Source: Christensenellales bacterium (GTDB taxonomy: Bacteria; Bacillota; Clostridia; Christensenellales; CALWSW01). Taken from it: DNA of 64,000 nt. The stretch lies in assembly GCA_050945915.1 (NCBI GenBank), contig JBMNTV010000002.1, positions 4,599-68,598 of the forward strand, in the 5' to 3' direction. The notes under the pieces were generated by a model. It saw nothing but the letters and a program-made list of their open reading frames with translations, ran no database searches and had not been told where the DNA came from. How positions within the stretch are numbered: the first letter of the stretch is position 1; each line of letters opens with the position of its first letter. A program made the position numbers and the translations under genes. Shown here piece by piece: positions 1-9,617 of the stretch.

Positions 1-1
1 C

Positions 2-589
2 AACTCCGTCTGCGTGAACCCGAACTACATCGAATTCGTCGCCAACGAGCTGAAGGGCACCGACGTTAAGCCCTGCGTCGTCATCGACTACCCCTTCGGA
101 ACCGGCACCATCGAATCCAAGGTTGCCGCCGCCAAGGACGCCATCGCCAAGGGCGCGGAAATCCTGGACTACGTCATCGACTACGGCCACCTGAAGAGCG
201 GCGACCGCGATCACCTGCTCCGCGAGATCAAGGCCTGCGTCGAAGCCGCCGGCGGCCTTGAGACCCGCTTCATCATCGAGGTCTGCTACCTCACCCCCGA
301 AGAGATCGTCACCGCTTGCGAATGCGTCATCGAGGGCGGCGGAGACTTCGTGAAGTCCTCCACCGGCCGTTTCGGCGGACCCGACATGAGGATCGTCGAC
401 CTGATGGTCAAGACCTGCGAAGGCAAGTGCAAAGTCAAGATCGCCGGCACCGGCGCTTTCTGGACCTCCGCCATCGCGCTGCTGTGCCTGAGCAGGGGCG
501 TGGACATCATCGGCACCCGCGCCGCGAAGAAGATCATCGACGATCTGCCCATCTTCGAAGAAATGCTCAAGGGCATCGAACTGAAGTAA
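2..589 (+). CDS. DeoC/LacD-family class I aldolase (deoxyribose-phosphate-aldolase-like), 5' end outside the window
   Basis: The reading frame is open from the window edge (NSVCVNPNY...). It has an SVCVNP opening, an FVKSSTG Schiff-base-lysine-type motif and a KVKIAGTG segment typical of DeoC-type TIM-barrel aldolases. It ends at TAA 587-589. Confidence 0.75.
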   Translation, partial: NSVCVNPNYIEFVANELKGTDVKPCVVIDYPFGTGTIESKVAAAKDAIAKGAEILDYVIDYGHLKSGDRDHLLREIKACVEAAGGLETRFIIEVCYLTPEEIVTACECVIEGGGDFVKSSTGRFGGPDMRIVDLMVKTCEGKCKVKIAGTGAFWTSAIALLCLSRGVDIIGTRAAKKIIDDLPIFEEMLKGIELK

Positions 590-862
590 GCCGCTCCTGA
601 CCAACCTTAGGATTCGGAGCCGCCCCCATTGGCGGCTCCACCCCCTATTTTCATTCCATTCACCGAACAAATACCATTCACACCCAAGCAAAATCATGAA
701 AAAACCCGAAACGGGTTTTCATACCAGTTACCAAGTCGCCCCGCTTTTACCCCGCGGTTATCTTTGGATTCTCTGATCCTAGACAAGTCAAGGCTTTTAT
801 AAAAGAGACTCTGAGAAAACTGAACAACGTCATTGACTATGTAATGTCGAAAGGAGAACTAC

Positions 863-2428
863 ATGGGTAAATATGTCATTGGTATCGACGCCGGAACAAT
901 GGGCGTCCGCACGGTCATTTTCGACCTGAAGGGGAACGAGGTTTCCAGCGCTTATTTCGAAACCCCCACCTTCTACCCCAGGCCCGGCTGGGTTGAGCAG
1001 CGCGCGGAAGACGTCATCGAGCTGGCGTACAAGTCCGTCGCCGCCGCCCTGAAGAAGAAAAACGTGGACGCTTCGGAGATCATCTCCATCAGCTTCACCA
1101 ACCAGCGTACCACCTGGGCCCCCATCGACAAGGACGGCAACTTCCTGCACAACATGTTCATCTGGCAGGACCAGCGCGGCGCTGAGATCTTCCCCTGGGC
1201 CAGGGAGCAGCTCGCCAAGCACGGCATGACCGAAATGGACCTGTACAACCGCTGCGGCCACCCCCTGGGCTCGGTGCAGTGCGGTTCCAAGGCCTTCTGG
1301 TTCAGGCTGAACATGCCCGAACTGTATGAGAAGACCTATAAGATGATCACCCCCCACGCCATGCTGGCCAAGGCCTTCGGCGCGGACGACTGGTACGACG
1401 AGGAGAGCGACGCCAACTGGTGGCTGGTCACCAAGTGCGACACCTTCGAGTTCGACCCCGAGCTGTGCGACATCTTCGGGATGGACATCGACAAATACCC
1501 CCGCAACATGAAGCCCGGCACCCCCATCGGCGCCGTCACCCAGGAAGTGGCGGACAAGACCGGCCTGAAGGTGGGTACGCCCCTGTTCGTCGGCTCCGGC
1601 GACCAGCAGTGCGGCGCAGCGGGCGTCGGCAACTCCGGCACCCCCGGCCTCGGCTCCGTCTGCCTGGGCACCGCGGGACTGTGCATCGGCTATTCCGCAA
1701 CCCCCGTCCGCGACCCCAACGGCAAGTGCCACGTTCTCGGCCACCCCGCCGGCGGTTACACGATGGAAGGCCACGCTTCGGCTGCCGCTTCTTCCTTCCG
1801 CTGGCTGAGGAACGCCATCTCCCAGTTTGAAATGACCGCTGCCGACGTTTCCGGCATCGACGTTTACGACATCATGTCCTCCACCGCGGCAAAGGCCCCC
1901 ATCGGCTCCAAGGGAACCGTCTTCCTGCCCTGGCTGGCCGGCGCTGCCTGCCCCCACTACAACGACATGGCCCGCGGCGCCTTCATCGGCATGACCCTGG
2001 GCACCACCAAGGCAGAACTGCTCCGCGCTGCGATGGAAGGCATCTGCTTCGAGATGCGCGAGATGCTCGACGCTCTGAAGGCTGCCGGCTTCTCGGATTT
2101 CAAGACCCTGCGCGTCACCGGCGGCGCTGCCCGCTCCAAGCTCTGGAACCAGATCCAGGCCAACATTTACAAGTGCGTCGTCGAAACGGCGGACGCGCCC
2201 GAAGCAACGGCTCTCGGCGCTGCCATGATCGGCGCTGTGGGCGCGGGCGTCTTCAAGGATCTGCGCGAGGCTTCCGAACACATGGTCCATGTGAAGGACG
2301 TGTACGAGCCGGACGAAGCTTCCATGAAGCTTTACAACGAGGTCTACGAAATGTTCCGCGACTGCTACGACGGACTCGCGAAGAGCGGCTTCGAGACCAT
2401 CTACAACTTCCAGAACAAGCACGCTTAA
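863..2428 (+). CDS. FGGY-family carbohydrate kinase (xylulokinase/glycerol-kinase-like)
   Basis: 521 aa. N-terminal VIGIDAGTMGVRTVIFD ATPase motif, GDQQCGAAG and GGAARS motifs of FGGY kinases. AAGGAG RBS sits upstream of ATG 863. Confidence 0.9.
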   Translation: MGKYVIGIDAGTMGVRTVIFDLKGNEVSSAYFETPTFYPRPGWVEQRAEDVIELAYKSVAAALKKKNVDASEIISISFTNQRTTWAPIDKDGNFLHNMFIWQDQRGAEIFPWAREQLAKHGMTEMDLYNRCGHPLGSVQCGSKAFWFRLNMPELYEKTYKMITPHAMLAKAFGADDWYDEESDANWWLVTKCDTFEFDPELCDIFGMDIDKYPRNMKPGTPIGAVTQEVADKTGLKVGTPLFVGSGDQQCGAAGVGNSGTPGLGSVCLGTAGLCIGYSATPVRDPNGKCHVLGHPAGGYTMEGHASAAASSFRWLRNAISQFEMTAADVSGIDVYDIMSSTAAKAPIGSKGTVFLPWLAGAACPHYNDMARGAFIGMTLGTTKAELLRAAMEGICFEMREMLDALKAAGFSDFKTLRVTGGAARSKLWNQIQANIYKCVVETADAPEATALGAAMIGAVGAGVFKDLREASEHMVHVKDVYEPDEASMKLYNEVYEMFRDCYDGLAKSGFETIYNFQNKHA

Positions 2429-2551
2429 ATCTATCGCCCGCCGCGCGCCCGAAAGCTCCTTTCGGGCGCGCATGGCGGATTCGACCATCAGGGCTTGTTT
2501 CGTGTCCGCTCTCGCAAGCGGTTGTGAAACAGGCTCTATAAGGAGGCAATT

Positions 2552-3703
2552 ATGGAATTTTCTTTTTTGACTGCACACAAAATCGTCTTTAAAAAGGGCG
2601 CTATTGACGAACTCGTCAGCCATGTAAAACCCCTGGGCAGTAATTTCATGCTGGTGGTGGACCCCTTCTTCATCAATTCCCCCACCATGGACAGCATCAA
2701 AAAGCAGCTTGAGGATGCGAACTTGCGCTACGTCGCCTATGGCGAAGTGCGGGGCGAGCCCACCGTGGAACAGGCGGACGAAATCACCGCTTTGGCCCTC
2801 AAGGAAGGCTGCGACGCCGTCATTTCCATCGGCGGCGGAAGCTGCATAGACGCGGGCAAGGCCGTGGCCGCCCTGATCACCAACGGCACCCCGGCACTGG
2901 ATTATATGGAAGTCGTGGGCAAGGGCAAGAAGGTCACCGTCGAGCCCGTTCCCTTCGTCGCCATTCCCACCACCGCCGGCACCGGCAGCGAAGTGACGAA
3001 AAACTCCGTCCTCGGCTCCCATGTCCTCACCTTCAAGCGCTCCATGCGCTCCGACTCGATGATCGCCAACATCACCATCGTGGACCCCCTGCTCACCGTG
3101 GGTTGCCCCAAGCGCGTCACCGCCAACTCGGGAATCGACGCCGCCACCCACCTCATCGAGGCGTTCACCACCTGGCGCGCAACGCCCATCAGCGACGGCC
3201 TGGCCATGAGCGGCATCGAACTCGTGGGCAAGTATTTGCGCAGAGCCTATGACGACGGGAACGACATCGAAGCCAGGGAAGGCATGAGCGCCGCCGCCCT
3301 GCTTGGCGGCATGGCCTTTGCCAACTCCGGCCTTGGAGCTGCGCATGGCATCGGCATGGCTGTGGGTATTGCCTATAACGTGCCCCACGGCGAAGCCTGC
3401 GGCATCATGCTGCCCCACATCATGAAGCTGAACGCGCCCCACGTGCTTCCCCGGATGGCGCGCATCGGCGAGCTGCTCACCGGCAAAAAATTCGCCACCG
3501 AGCAGGAAGCCGCCGACGCCGCTGTGGATTTCGTCTTCGACCTTTGCGCCCACATGGGCATAAAGCCGGATTTCAAGCATTTGAACATTCCGAAGGAAGA
3601 AATCCCCGCCCTGGCAAAGGCGAGCTTTGGCACCAGCATGTCCAGCAACCCCATTCAGCTCACCCAGGAACAGTGGGAGGAGTTCTTTACCACCATCATG
3701 TAA
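2552..3703 (+). CDS. Iron-containing (group III) alcohol dehydrogenase
   Basis: 383 aa. Carries the GGGSCIDAGKA nucleotide-binding motif and the His-rich metal region (AAHGIGMA...PHGEACG). AAGGAGG RBS precedes ATG 2552. Confidence 0.9.
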   Translation: MEFSFLTAHKIVFKKGAIDELVSHVKPLGSNFMLVVDPFFINSPTMDSIKKQLEDANLRYVAYGEVRGEPTVEQADEITALALKEGCDAVISIGGGSCIDAGKAVAALITNGTPALDYMEVVGKGKKVTVEPVPFVAIPTTAGTGSEVTKNSVLGSHVLTFKRSMRSDSMIANITIVDPLLTVGCPKRVTANSGIDAATHLIEAFTTWRATPISDGLAMSGIELVGKYLRRAYDDGNDIEAREGMSAAALLGGMAFANSGLGAAHGIGMAVGIAYNVPHGEACGIMLPHIMKLNAPHVLPRMARIGELLTGKKFATEQEAADAAVDFVFDLCAHMGIKPDFKHLNIPKEEIPALAKASFGTSMSSNPIQLTQEQWEEFFTTIM

Positions 3704-3890
3704 ACCAAAAAGGGAAGGGGGACCTTTTTCGCATATGCTCTGCGGCGAGGACCGCGCTCCTTCCTCGCCGCGGAGCAACCCGTGGCTTGTGTCCTGTGCT
3801 TATTGCAGCTTTTCGTAGCACCGACCTGCTCTGCCCCGCCGGATTCCAACGAACCCCCTGCCGCTTGGATTTTGGGCAGGGCGAGCAATC

Positions 3891-3916
3891 AGACCCGCTT
3901 TTCGCGGGTCTTTTTC
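3891..3916 (+). terminator. Rho-independent terminator candidate downstream of the alcohol dehydrogenase
   Basis: Hairpin agacccgc / ttttc / gcgggtct followed by a T-run (tttttcgtt). Confidence 0.5.
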
Positions 3917-4048
3917 GTTCCATCCGCCGGAATCCGCGCGGGATGCTTTCCTTACAGTCCCTTCGCAAAAGCAGCTTTTTCCCGATTTGAGTCGCCCTCA
4001 CGCCCCACCTCCCCTTTCCATATATTAATCGGGAAGGTGGGATCGACG

Positions 4049-4534
4049 TTGCGCACTATTCCGTATAACCGCCCCGCGGCGGTGGCGTATGCCGAGCGCT
4101 GGGCCCTTTCCCGCAACCCGGCGTATTACGATTTCGAAAACCTGGGCGGGGACTGCACGAATTTCGCCTCCCAATGCATTTTCGCGGGCTGCGGCGTGAT
4201 GAACTACACCCCCGTCACCGGCTGGTTTTACATTTCCGCCAACAACCGCACCGCCTCCTGGACGGGGGTGGAATTCCTGTACCGCTTCCTGGTGAACAAC
4301 CAAAGCGTCGGCCCCTTTGCCCGGGTCGTTTCCCGAAACGAGGTGCTGCCGGGGGACATCGTCCAACTAGGGCGGGCAGACGGCACCTTTTATCATTCAC
4401 CTGTCGTCCTTGGCGTGAGTCAGGGCGAAATCTATGTCGCCGCCCACACCTACGACGCCCTGTGGCGTCCCCTTTCCACCTATTCCTATGCCCGCTTGCG
4501 CTGTCTGCACATCGAGGGCGCCCGGGTCTGGTGA
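4049..4534 (+). CDS. Putative amidase-domain protein (Amidase_6-like, GGDCTNF cysteine motif)
   Basis: The conserved part of ORF 3782-4534 starts near RTIPYNRPAAVAYAERWA...GGDCTNFASQC. TTG 4049 lies 8 nt after GGAAGGTGG (4032-4040). The upstream part of the track ORF is low-complexity and looks non-coding. Confidence 0.65.
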   Translation: MRTIPYNRPAAVAYAERWALSRNPAYYDFENLGGDCTNFASQCIFAGCGVMNYTPVTGWFYISANNRTASWTGVEFLYRFLVNNQSVGPFARVVSRNEVLPGDIVQLGRADGTFYHSPVVLGVSQGEIYVAAHTYDALWRPLSTYSYARLRCLHIEGARVW

Positions 4535-4632
4535 ACTTTTTGCCGGATTCCCCCTGCCCTTTGCCTCCGCCCTGTTGCGTTGCCGGATATGCGTCCATCC
4601 GGCTGGAAACACTAGGGCCGGAGGTGTTTTTT

Positions 4633-5406
4633 ATGATATCCCGCAAATCCATCATTACCTTCGGGATGGTCGCCATCCCCATCGCCATGTATACCGCCAC
4701 CCAGGACAACGACATCCATTTCAACCAGTTGCATAAAGAAGACAACAGCCGCATCCGATACAAGAAAACCTGCGCCCACTGCGGCAAGGAGGTCAAGGCG
4801 CAGGACATCGTCAAAGGCTTTGAGTACGACGAGGGCAAATACGTGGTCATCACCGACGAGGAGATTGAAAAGATCAAGACGGAAAAGGAAAAATCCATCC
4901 AGATCCTGCACTTTGCCCAACTGAACCAGATCTCCCCCGTGTATTACGACAAAACCTATCAGGTTACGCCCCAGCCCGGGGGCGAAAAGCCCTTCGAACT
5001 GCTGCGCCGCGCCCTGCTTGCCGAGCAGAAGATCGCCATCGGCAAGGCGGTGCTGGGCACGAAGGACACGCTGATGGCCATCATCCCCAGAGAAGACGGG
5101 ATGCTGATTTCCACGATGTTTTACGCCGACGACATCCGGGAATTGCAAAAACCCTATCCCAGACCCGAAGTCTCGGAACAGGAGCTGGACATGGCCAAGC
5201 TGCTCATCAATTCGATGGACACCCCCTTTGACCCGGAGCAGTACAAGGACGAGTACCAGGAAAAGCTGCGCGCCCTGATCCAGACGAAAATTTCCGGAAA
5301 AGAAGTCATCGCCGCCCAGCCCGAAGAACCCGGCAAGGTCATCGACCTCATGGAGGCCCTCAAGGCCAGCGTTGAAAAGGCCCAGAAGGAAAAGGCCCTG
5401 GCATAA
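4633..5406 (+). CDS. ku: Ku protein (bacterial NHEJ DNA-end-binding protein)
   Basis: 257 aa beginning MISRKSIITFGMVAIPIAMYTAT...IHFNQLH, the typical bacterial Ku core. GGAGG RBS precedes ATG 4633. The upstream extension of the track ORF (4174-) was rejected. Confidence 0.93.
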   Translation: MISRKSIITFGMVAIPIAMYTATQDNDIHFNQLHKEDNSRIRYKKTCAHCGKEVKAQDIVKGFEYDEGKYVVITDEEIEKIKTEKEKSIQILHFAQLNQISPVYYDKTYQVTPQPGGEKPFELLRRALLAEQKIAIGKAVLGTKDTLMAIIPREDGMLISTMFYADDIRELQKPYPRPEVSEQELDMAKLLINSMDTPFDPEQYKDEYQEKLRALIQTKISGKEVIAAQPEEPGKVIDLMEALKASVEKAQKEKALA

Positions 5407-7847
5407 TGGAAAACTCCCTGTTGGAATACAGCCAAAAACGAAACTTCGCCATCACCCCGGAGCCCAAAGGCGGCGCAGAAGCTTCGGAGGACGAGCTCAG
5501 GTTCGTCGTTCAGCACCACATAGCCCGGGCGGATCATTACGATTTTCGCCTGGAATGGCGGGGCGCCCTTTTGAGCTGGGCGGTGCCCAAGGGCCCGTCC
5601 TTCAACCCCAAGGACAAGCGCCTGGCGGTTCATGTGGAGGACCACCCCCTGGAATACCGCCACTTTGAAGGCACCATCCCCAAGGGGGAATACGGCGGCG
5701 GAACGGTGATGCTGTGGGACGAAGGCATTTGGGAGCCTTTGGGCAACGTGGACGAGGGGCTCAGCAGCGGTTCTTTAAAATTCGTTCTGCACGGAAAAAG
5801 GCTGCGGGGCAGGTGGGCGCTGATTCGCATGAAGCCCAAACCGGGGGAAGGCGCGAACAACTGGCTGCTGCTCAAAGAAAGGGATGAATTTGCCCGGGAA
5901 GAGGACGGGATTTCGGTTCACACCACCAGCATCCGCACCGGCCGCACCATGGAGGAGATCGAACAAGGCACAAAGGAAACCCTGCCGAAAAACCCCTTTT
6001 CCCACACCGAAGTGCAGCTTGCCAAACTGGTTCGCAGCGTTCCCGAAGGGGAGGACTGGCTGTTTGAACTGAAGTACGACGGATACCGCATCGTCGCCTA
6101 TGTGGAGGCAAACAGCGCGCGGCTGTTCACGCGAAACGGCAACGATTACACCGGCCGGTTCCGGCGGGTCGCGGACGCCCTCATCGACTGGGCAGCGGGG
6201 CGCGCCCTGGTGCTGGACGGGGAAATGGCGGTCACCGACGAACAGGGCAGGACGGATTTCCAGGCTCTGCAGGGCGCCATCAAAAACCCCGCGGGCAAAA
6301 ACCTTACCTATATCGTCTTCGACCTTCTGGCGCTCAACGGCGAGGATTTGCGCCATCGCCCCCTGATTGAGCGCAAAGAACTGCTGGAAGAACTGATGCA
6401 AAATGCCCCAAAGGCGCTGCATTACAGCCGGCATGTGAAGGGCAACGGAAAAGAGAGCTTCGCCGCCGCCTGCCGGATGGGGTTGGAGGGCATCGTGGGC
6501 AAACGGGCGGATTCCACCTACACCGGCACGCGAGACGGCAGCTGGATCAAGCTCAAATGCGGCGCAAGGCAGGAGTTCGTCGTCGGCGGATACACCCGCA
6601 CCGCCAAAAAAACGCGCGGGTTCAGCGCGCTGCTGCTCGGCGTCTACGAAAACGGGGAGCTGGTCTACGCGGGCCGCGCGGGCACGGGCTTTTCCCGGTC
6701 GACGATGGAGGAGCTTTCGCAAAAATTCGAACCCCTGATCCGGCAAAACTGCCCCTTCCAAACGACGCCCAAAAAGCGGTCGGACGAAATATTGACCTGG
6801 CTTTCCCCCGAACTGGCGGCAGAAATCCAGTTCGCCGAGTGGACCGATGAAGGGCTTTTGCGCCAGGCGAGTTTCAAGGGCCTGCGGACGGACAAGGACC
6901 CCAAAAAGATCCAAAGGGAACAGGCAAAGGACCAGGAGCTTTTGCCTTCGCAAAACCAGCAGGAGGAACGCCCCGTGGAAGCAAATCAAAACAGCATCAC
7001 CGTGGCGGGGGTGCGCATCTCCAGCCCGGACAAGGTGATCTTCGAAAACCCCGCCATCACCAAGGCGGAGGTGGCGCAGTATTACGAAAACGTGGCGGAG
7101 CGCATGCTGCCCTATGTCCGCCGCCGCGTTTTGAGCATCCTGCGCTGCCCCAAGGGGGTCATGCAATCCTGCTTTTATAAAAAGCACCCCGGCCCGGGCA
7201 GCAAGGGCATTTTCACCATACCCGTCACCAACAGCGAAGGCGAAACCGAGGAGTATTTTTACATCGAGGATATTGCCGGCCTTGTATCCGAAGCTCAGAT
7301 GGGCACGCTGGAATTCCACACCTGGGGCAGCCGGGTCGATGCCCTGGAACAGCCGGATATGATGGTCTTTGACTTGGATCCGGACGAGGGGCTGGACCTT
7401 TCCGCCGTGCGCCAGGGGGTTTGGGACCTCAAAGGCGTCCTTTCGGAGCTTTCCCTCACCGCCTTCCTCAAGACCAGCGGCGGCAAGGGTTATCACGTCG
7501 TGGTGCCCTTTTTGCCCTCCGTCCCCTGGGATGTTTTTTACGACTTTTCCAAGCGGGTGGCTGCGGTGCTGGAAAGCAAATGGCCGGACAGATACACCAC
7601 CAACGTCCGCAAAAACAAGCGGGCAAACAAGATTTTCATCGACTGGATGCGAAACGGCAGGGGCGCCACCAGCGTTGCCCCCTATTCCCTGCGGGCGCGG
7701 CCCGGGGCGAAGGTATCCATGCCCATCGCCTGGGAGGAACTCAACACCATCGCCCCGGGAGATATCACCATGGAAAAAGCGCTTCAGCGCATCGTGGGCG
7801 AAGACCCGTGGAAGGGCTTCTTTGAAATCCAACAGATGCTAAAATAG
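5406..7847 (+). CDS. ligD: Multidomain ATP-dependent DNA ligase D (phosphoesterase - ligase - polymerase/primase)
   Basis: 813 aa. N-terminal FVVQHHIARADHYDFRLE (PE domain). Central ELKYDGYR (adenylation KxDG). C-terminal TSGGKGYHVVVP (LigD Pol/primase motif). The ATG overlaps the Ku TAA by 1 nt (TAATG). Confidence 0.93.
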   Translation: MENSLLEYSQKRNFAITPEPKGGAEASEDELRFVVQHHIARADHYDFRLEWRGALLSWAVPKGPSFNPKDKRLAVHVEDHPLEYRHFEGTIPKGEYGGGTVMLWDEGIWEPLGNVDEGLSSGSLKFVLHGKRLRGRWALIRMKPKPGEGANNWLLLKERDEFAREEDGISVHTTSIRTGRTMEEIEQGTKETLPKNPFSHTEVQLAKLVRSVPEGEDWLFELKYDGYRIVAYVEANSARLFTRNGNDYTGRFRRVADALIDWAAGRALVLDGEMAVTDEQGRTDFQALQGAIKNPAGKNLTYIVFDLLALNGEDLRHRPLIERKELLEELMQNAPKALHYSRHVKGNGKESFAAACRMGLEGIVGKRADSTYTGTRDGSWIKLKCGARQEFVVGGYTRTAKKTRGFSALLLGVYENGELVYAGRAGTGFSRSTMEELSQKFEPLIRQNCPFQTTPKKRSDEILTWLSPELAAEIQFAEWTDEGLLRQASFKGLRTDKDPKKIQREQAKDQELLPSQNQQEERPVEANQNSITVAGVRISSPDKVIFENPAITKAEVAQYYENVAERMLPYVRRRVLSILRCPKGVMQSCFYKKHPGPGSKGIFTIPVTNSEGETEEYFYIEDIAGLVSEAQMGTLEFHTWGSRVDALEQPDMMVFDLDPDEGLDLSAVRQGVWDLKGVLSELSLTAFLKTSGGKGYHVVVPFLPSVPWDVFYDFSKRVAAVLESKWPDRYTTNVRKNKRANKIFIDWMRNGRGATSVAPYSLRARPGAKVSMPIAWEELNTIAPGDITMEKALQRIVGEDPWKGFFEIQQMLK

Positions 7848-7921
7848 TACCATGCCTAATAAAAAGCAAACCCGAAAAAACGCCGCGGGATCCGCCACTG
7901 ATGTGATTTTTGGGCACAAAA

Positions 7922-7960
7922 AACCGCCTTGCTCTGCGCTTGGCGGTTATTTGAGTTTTT
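7922..7960 (+). terminator. Weak terminator-like hairpin after ligD
   Basis: aaccgcc ... ggcggtt stem with a 13-nt loop, followed by atttgagtttttt. The loop is long, so confidence is low. Confidence 0.3.
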
Positions 7961-8090
7961 TGCCATCTGTGTTTCGGCCTTTGCTTCCTTCCTGTTCGTC
8001 CCCTGTCCCCATGCAAGCACCCGCCGCAGACAGGTGCCGGCCGCAACCGCCCGCTTTCGAACCGTTTCCCAACCCCGATTATGCCGATGC

Positions 8091-8121
8091 AAGAAAAAAC
8101 GGCCACTCTGGAGTGACCGTT
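8091..8121 (-). terminator. Rho-independent terminator following the displaced tRNA-Thr 3' fragment
   Basis: On the minus strand: acggucac / uccaga / guggccgu hairpin followed by a U-run (plus-strand A-run 8093-8098). It sits immediately 3' of the partial tRNA copy. Confidence 0.55.
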
Positions 8122-8167
8122 TGGAGCTGATGAGCAGATTCGAACTGCCTACCTCCTCATTACCAAT
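8122..8167 (-). repeat. 46-bp direct repeat (att junction): orphan copy of tRNA-Thr positions 31-76
   Basis: tggagctgatgagcagattcgaactgcctacctcctcattaccaat is identical base-for-base to 24790-24835. Flanking bases differ on both sides. Confidence 0.9.
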
Positions 8168-8272
8168 AATGATGCTTTTCAACTCCACGATTTCCCCTTT
8201 ATCTGGATAAGCCAAGTATAACTTGTGCTCGGCTTGCGAGTCCAGATATTGGGGCGTAACTTATGCGGTTTT

Positions 8273-9211
8273 CTACCGGTCGGTCAGAAACGCGGTGAGC
8301 TTGCCGGTCTGCCCCTTGTGGTGGGACAGGCGTAAATGGGTGTAGATGTCCAGCGTGATCTGGATGCTGGAATGGCCCGCCCACACCTGGGCTGTTTTGA
8401 CATCAACCCCTGCTTCGTACAGCAGGGTGATATAGGTGTGCCGCAATTGCTTGGACGTAATCTTTGTGCCCAAGCCTTTTATTGCGTTCTTCCAATACGT
8501 TCGGAAGGATGTGAGTGACATAAGCCCTCCGCGGTGGTTCGGAAAAACATAGTCCGAAGTGCGGATGCAATACAGTTTGTTGAGCAAGCTGTGCAAATTC
8601 GGTTCCGCGATCGGTACGGTGCGTATCCCCGCTTCGCTTTTGGGAGGTTTGATCATACCTTGGTTGGTTACATAAGAGACGGATTTTGTTACGTGGATCT
8701 TGCGGGACTCAAAACAAATATCGTCCCAAGTGAGGGCAAGCCCCTCACCGCGTCGCAAACCGGTGTAGAGGTAGAGTAACATCAACGGGTCAGCCAGGGC
8801 ATCAATTTGACGAATTGCTTCATCGCCAAGAATGATAGGCTTATTCTTTGAGATTCTGGGCAACCGGATTTTTAATGCCGGGTTGCGGTCTAAAAACTCA
8901 TTGATGTACCCAAACTCCAATATCTGTGAAAGTCGTCCAACATAGTACTGAATGGACGAGGGCGCACACCCTTCTGCAATCAGTTGAGAAACAAACCAAT
9001 CGATGTGGTACGGCTTAATAAGCCGCACGTCACGCTCTCCGAAGCGCGGGATGATGTGACGGTTTATTTCGTACATGTAATTTTGAAGGGTTTTTTGCGT
9101 TATGTAACATCCTTGAACTGTTTTCCACAATTCAGTCAGCATTGAGAGCGTAACGATTTCGCCGTTGGTCAATGCTGTTTCGACCTTTTTAAGTATCGCT
9201 GTATCCATCAT
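8273..9211 (-). CDS. Tyrosine-type site-specific recombinase/integrase
   Basis: Carries the catalytic signature YTGLRRGE ... LRHTYITLL ... AGHSSIQITLDIYTH (R, H-x-x-R, H, Y). ATG 9211 is preferred over the TTG at 9223. Confidence 0.9.
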   Translation of the reverse strand: MMDTAILKKVETALTNGEIVTLSMLTELWKTVQGCYITQKTLQNYMYEINRHIIPRFGERDVRLIKPYHIDWFVSQLIAEGCAPSSIQYYVGRLSQILEFGYINEFLDRNPALKIRLPRISKNKPIILGDEAIRQIDALADPLMLLYLYTGLRRGEGLALTWDDICFESRKIHVTKSVSYVTNQGMIKPPKSEAGIRTVPIAEPNLHSLLNKLYCIRTSDYVFPNHRGGLMSLTSFRTYWKNAIKGLGTKITSKQLRHTYITLLYEAGVDVKTAQVWAGHSSIQITLDIYTHLRLSHHKGQTGKLTAFLTDR

Positions 9212-9425
9212 ATATATCCCCAATCTGTTAAATTGTTGTCAGAGTAATATGACGGATTGTTCCGATTTACACAGTTAGTTGTGCATATTGTCCGTTGAGT
9301 GGGTGACGCACTGCTTTGCTGTTTTGACTCGATATGTCGGACTCACGACGACGTTAAGCGCTTTCGCCGAGTTTGGTAACGCTGTTTGCTTTCAGCAATA
9401 TTCTGTTTTCAAGGTGCTTATCAAG

Positions 9426-9448
9426 GTACATGTATAAGATACATGTAC
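9426..9448. repeat. Perfect inverted repeat gtacatgtat-aag-atacatgtac upstream of the integrase
   Basis: 10-bp arms with a 3-bp spacer, seen directly in the sequence about 215 bp upstream of the int start. Function unknown; it could be an operator. Confidence 0.6.
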
Positions 9449-9617
9449 AGTAACAAGCTGTCAAATTTTTAGTCAAAAACGTGTTTTTGTATGATTTTCG
9501 CAATATTTTTCAAATTTTTACTTGTCTAATATCAAAATCTGTTACCAAGAGGTATACCCTGGCGGATAAAATGTGGCTGGATAGCGTGAAACAAAGAAAC
9601 TGATAAATCAGCCTGGC

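Noticed and set aside
830-3778. 982-aa minus-strand ORF. Similar long antisense ORFs occur at 5775-7832, 13591-14910, 20064-22144, 39553-41775, 54036-55340, 57378-58475, 58499-59797, 59855-61123 and 61146-62054.
   Set aside because: They lie antisense to genes with clear family motifs. Their translations are low-complexity Gly/Ala/Arg/His-rich with no motifs and no RBS. This is a typical high-GC stop-codon-depletion artefact.
3782-4048. N-terminal extension of the amidase-domain ORF (track start 3782), and likewise the 4174-4632 extension of the Ku ORF.
   Set aside because: The extensions are Pro/Ala/Arg-rich and overlap a terminator-like hairpin. They lack RBSs, whereas internal starts with good RBSs coincide with the start of family homology.
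9250-9425. Excisionase-like small ORF upstream of the integrase (minus strand, MYLDKHLENRILLKANSVTKLGESA*).
   Set aside because: It is only 25 codons before a stop, and the downstream frames do not continue a convincing Xis/HTH fold. At best it is a degenerate remnant, which is too weak to annotate.
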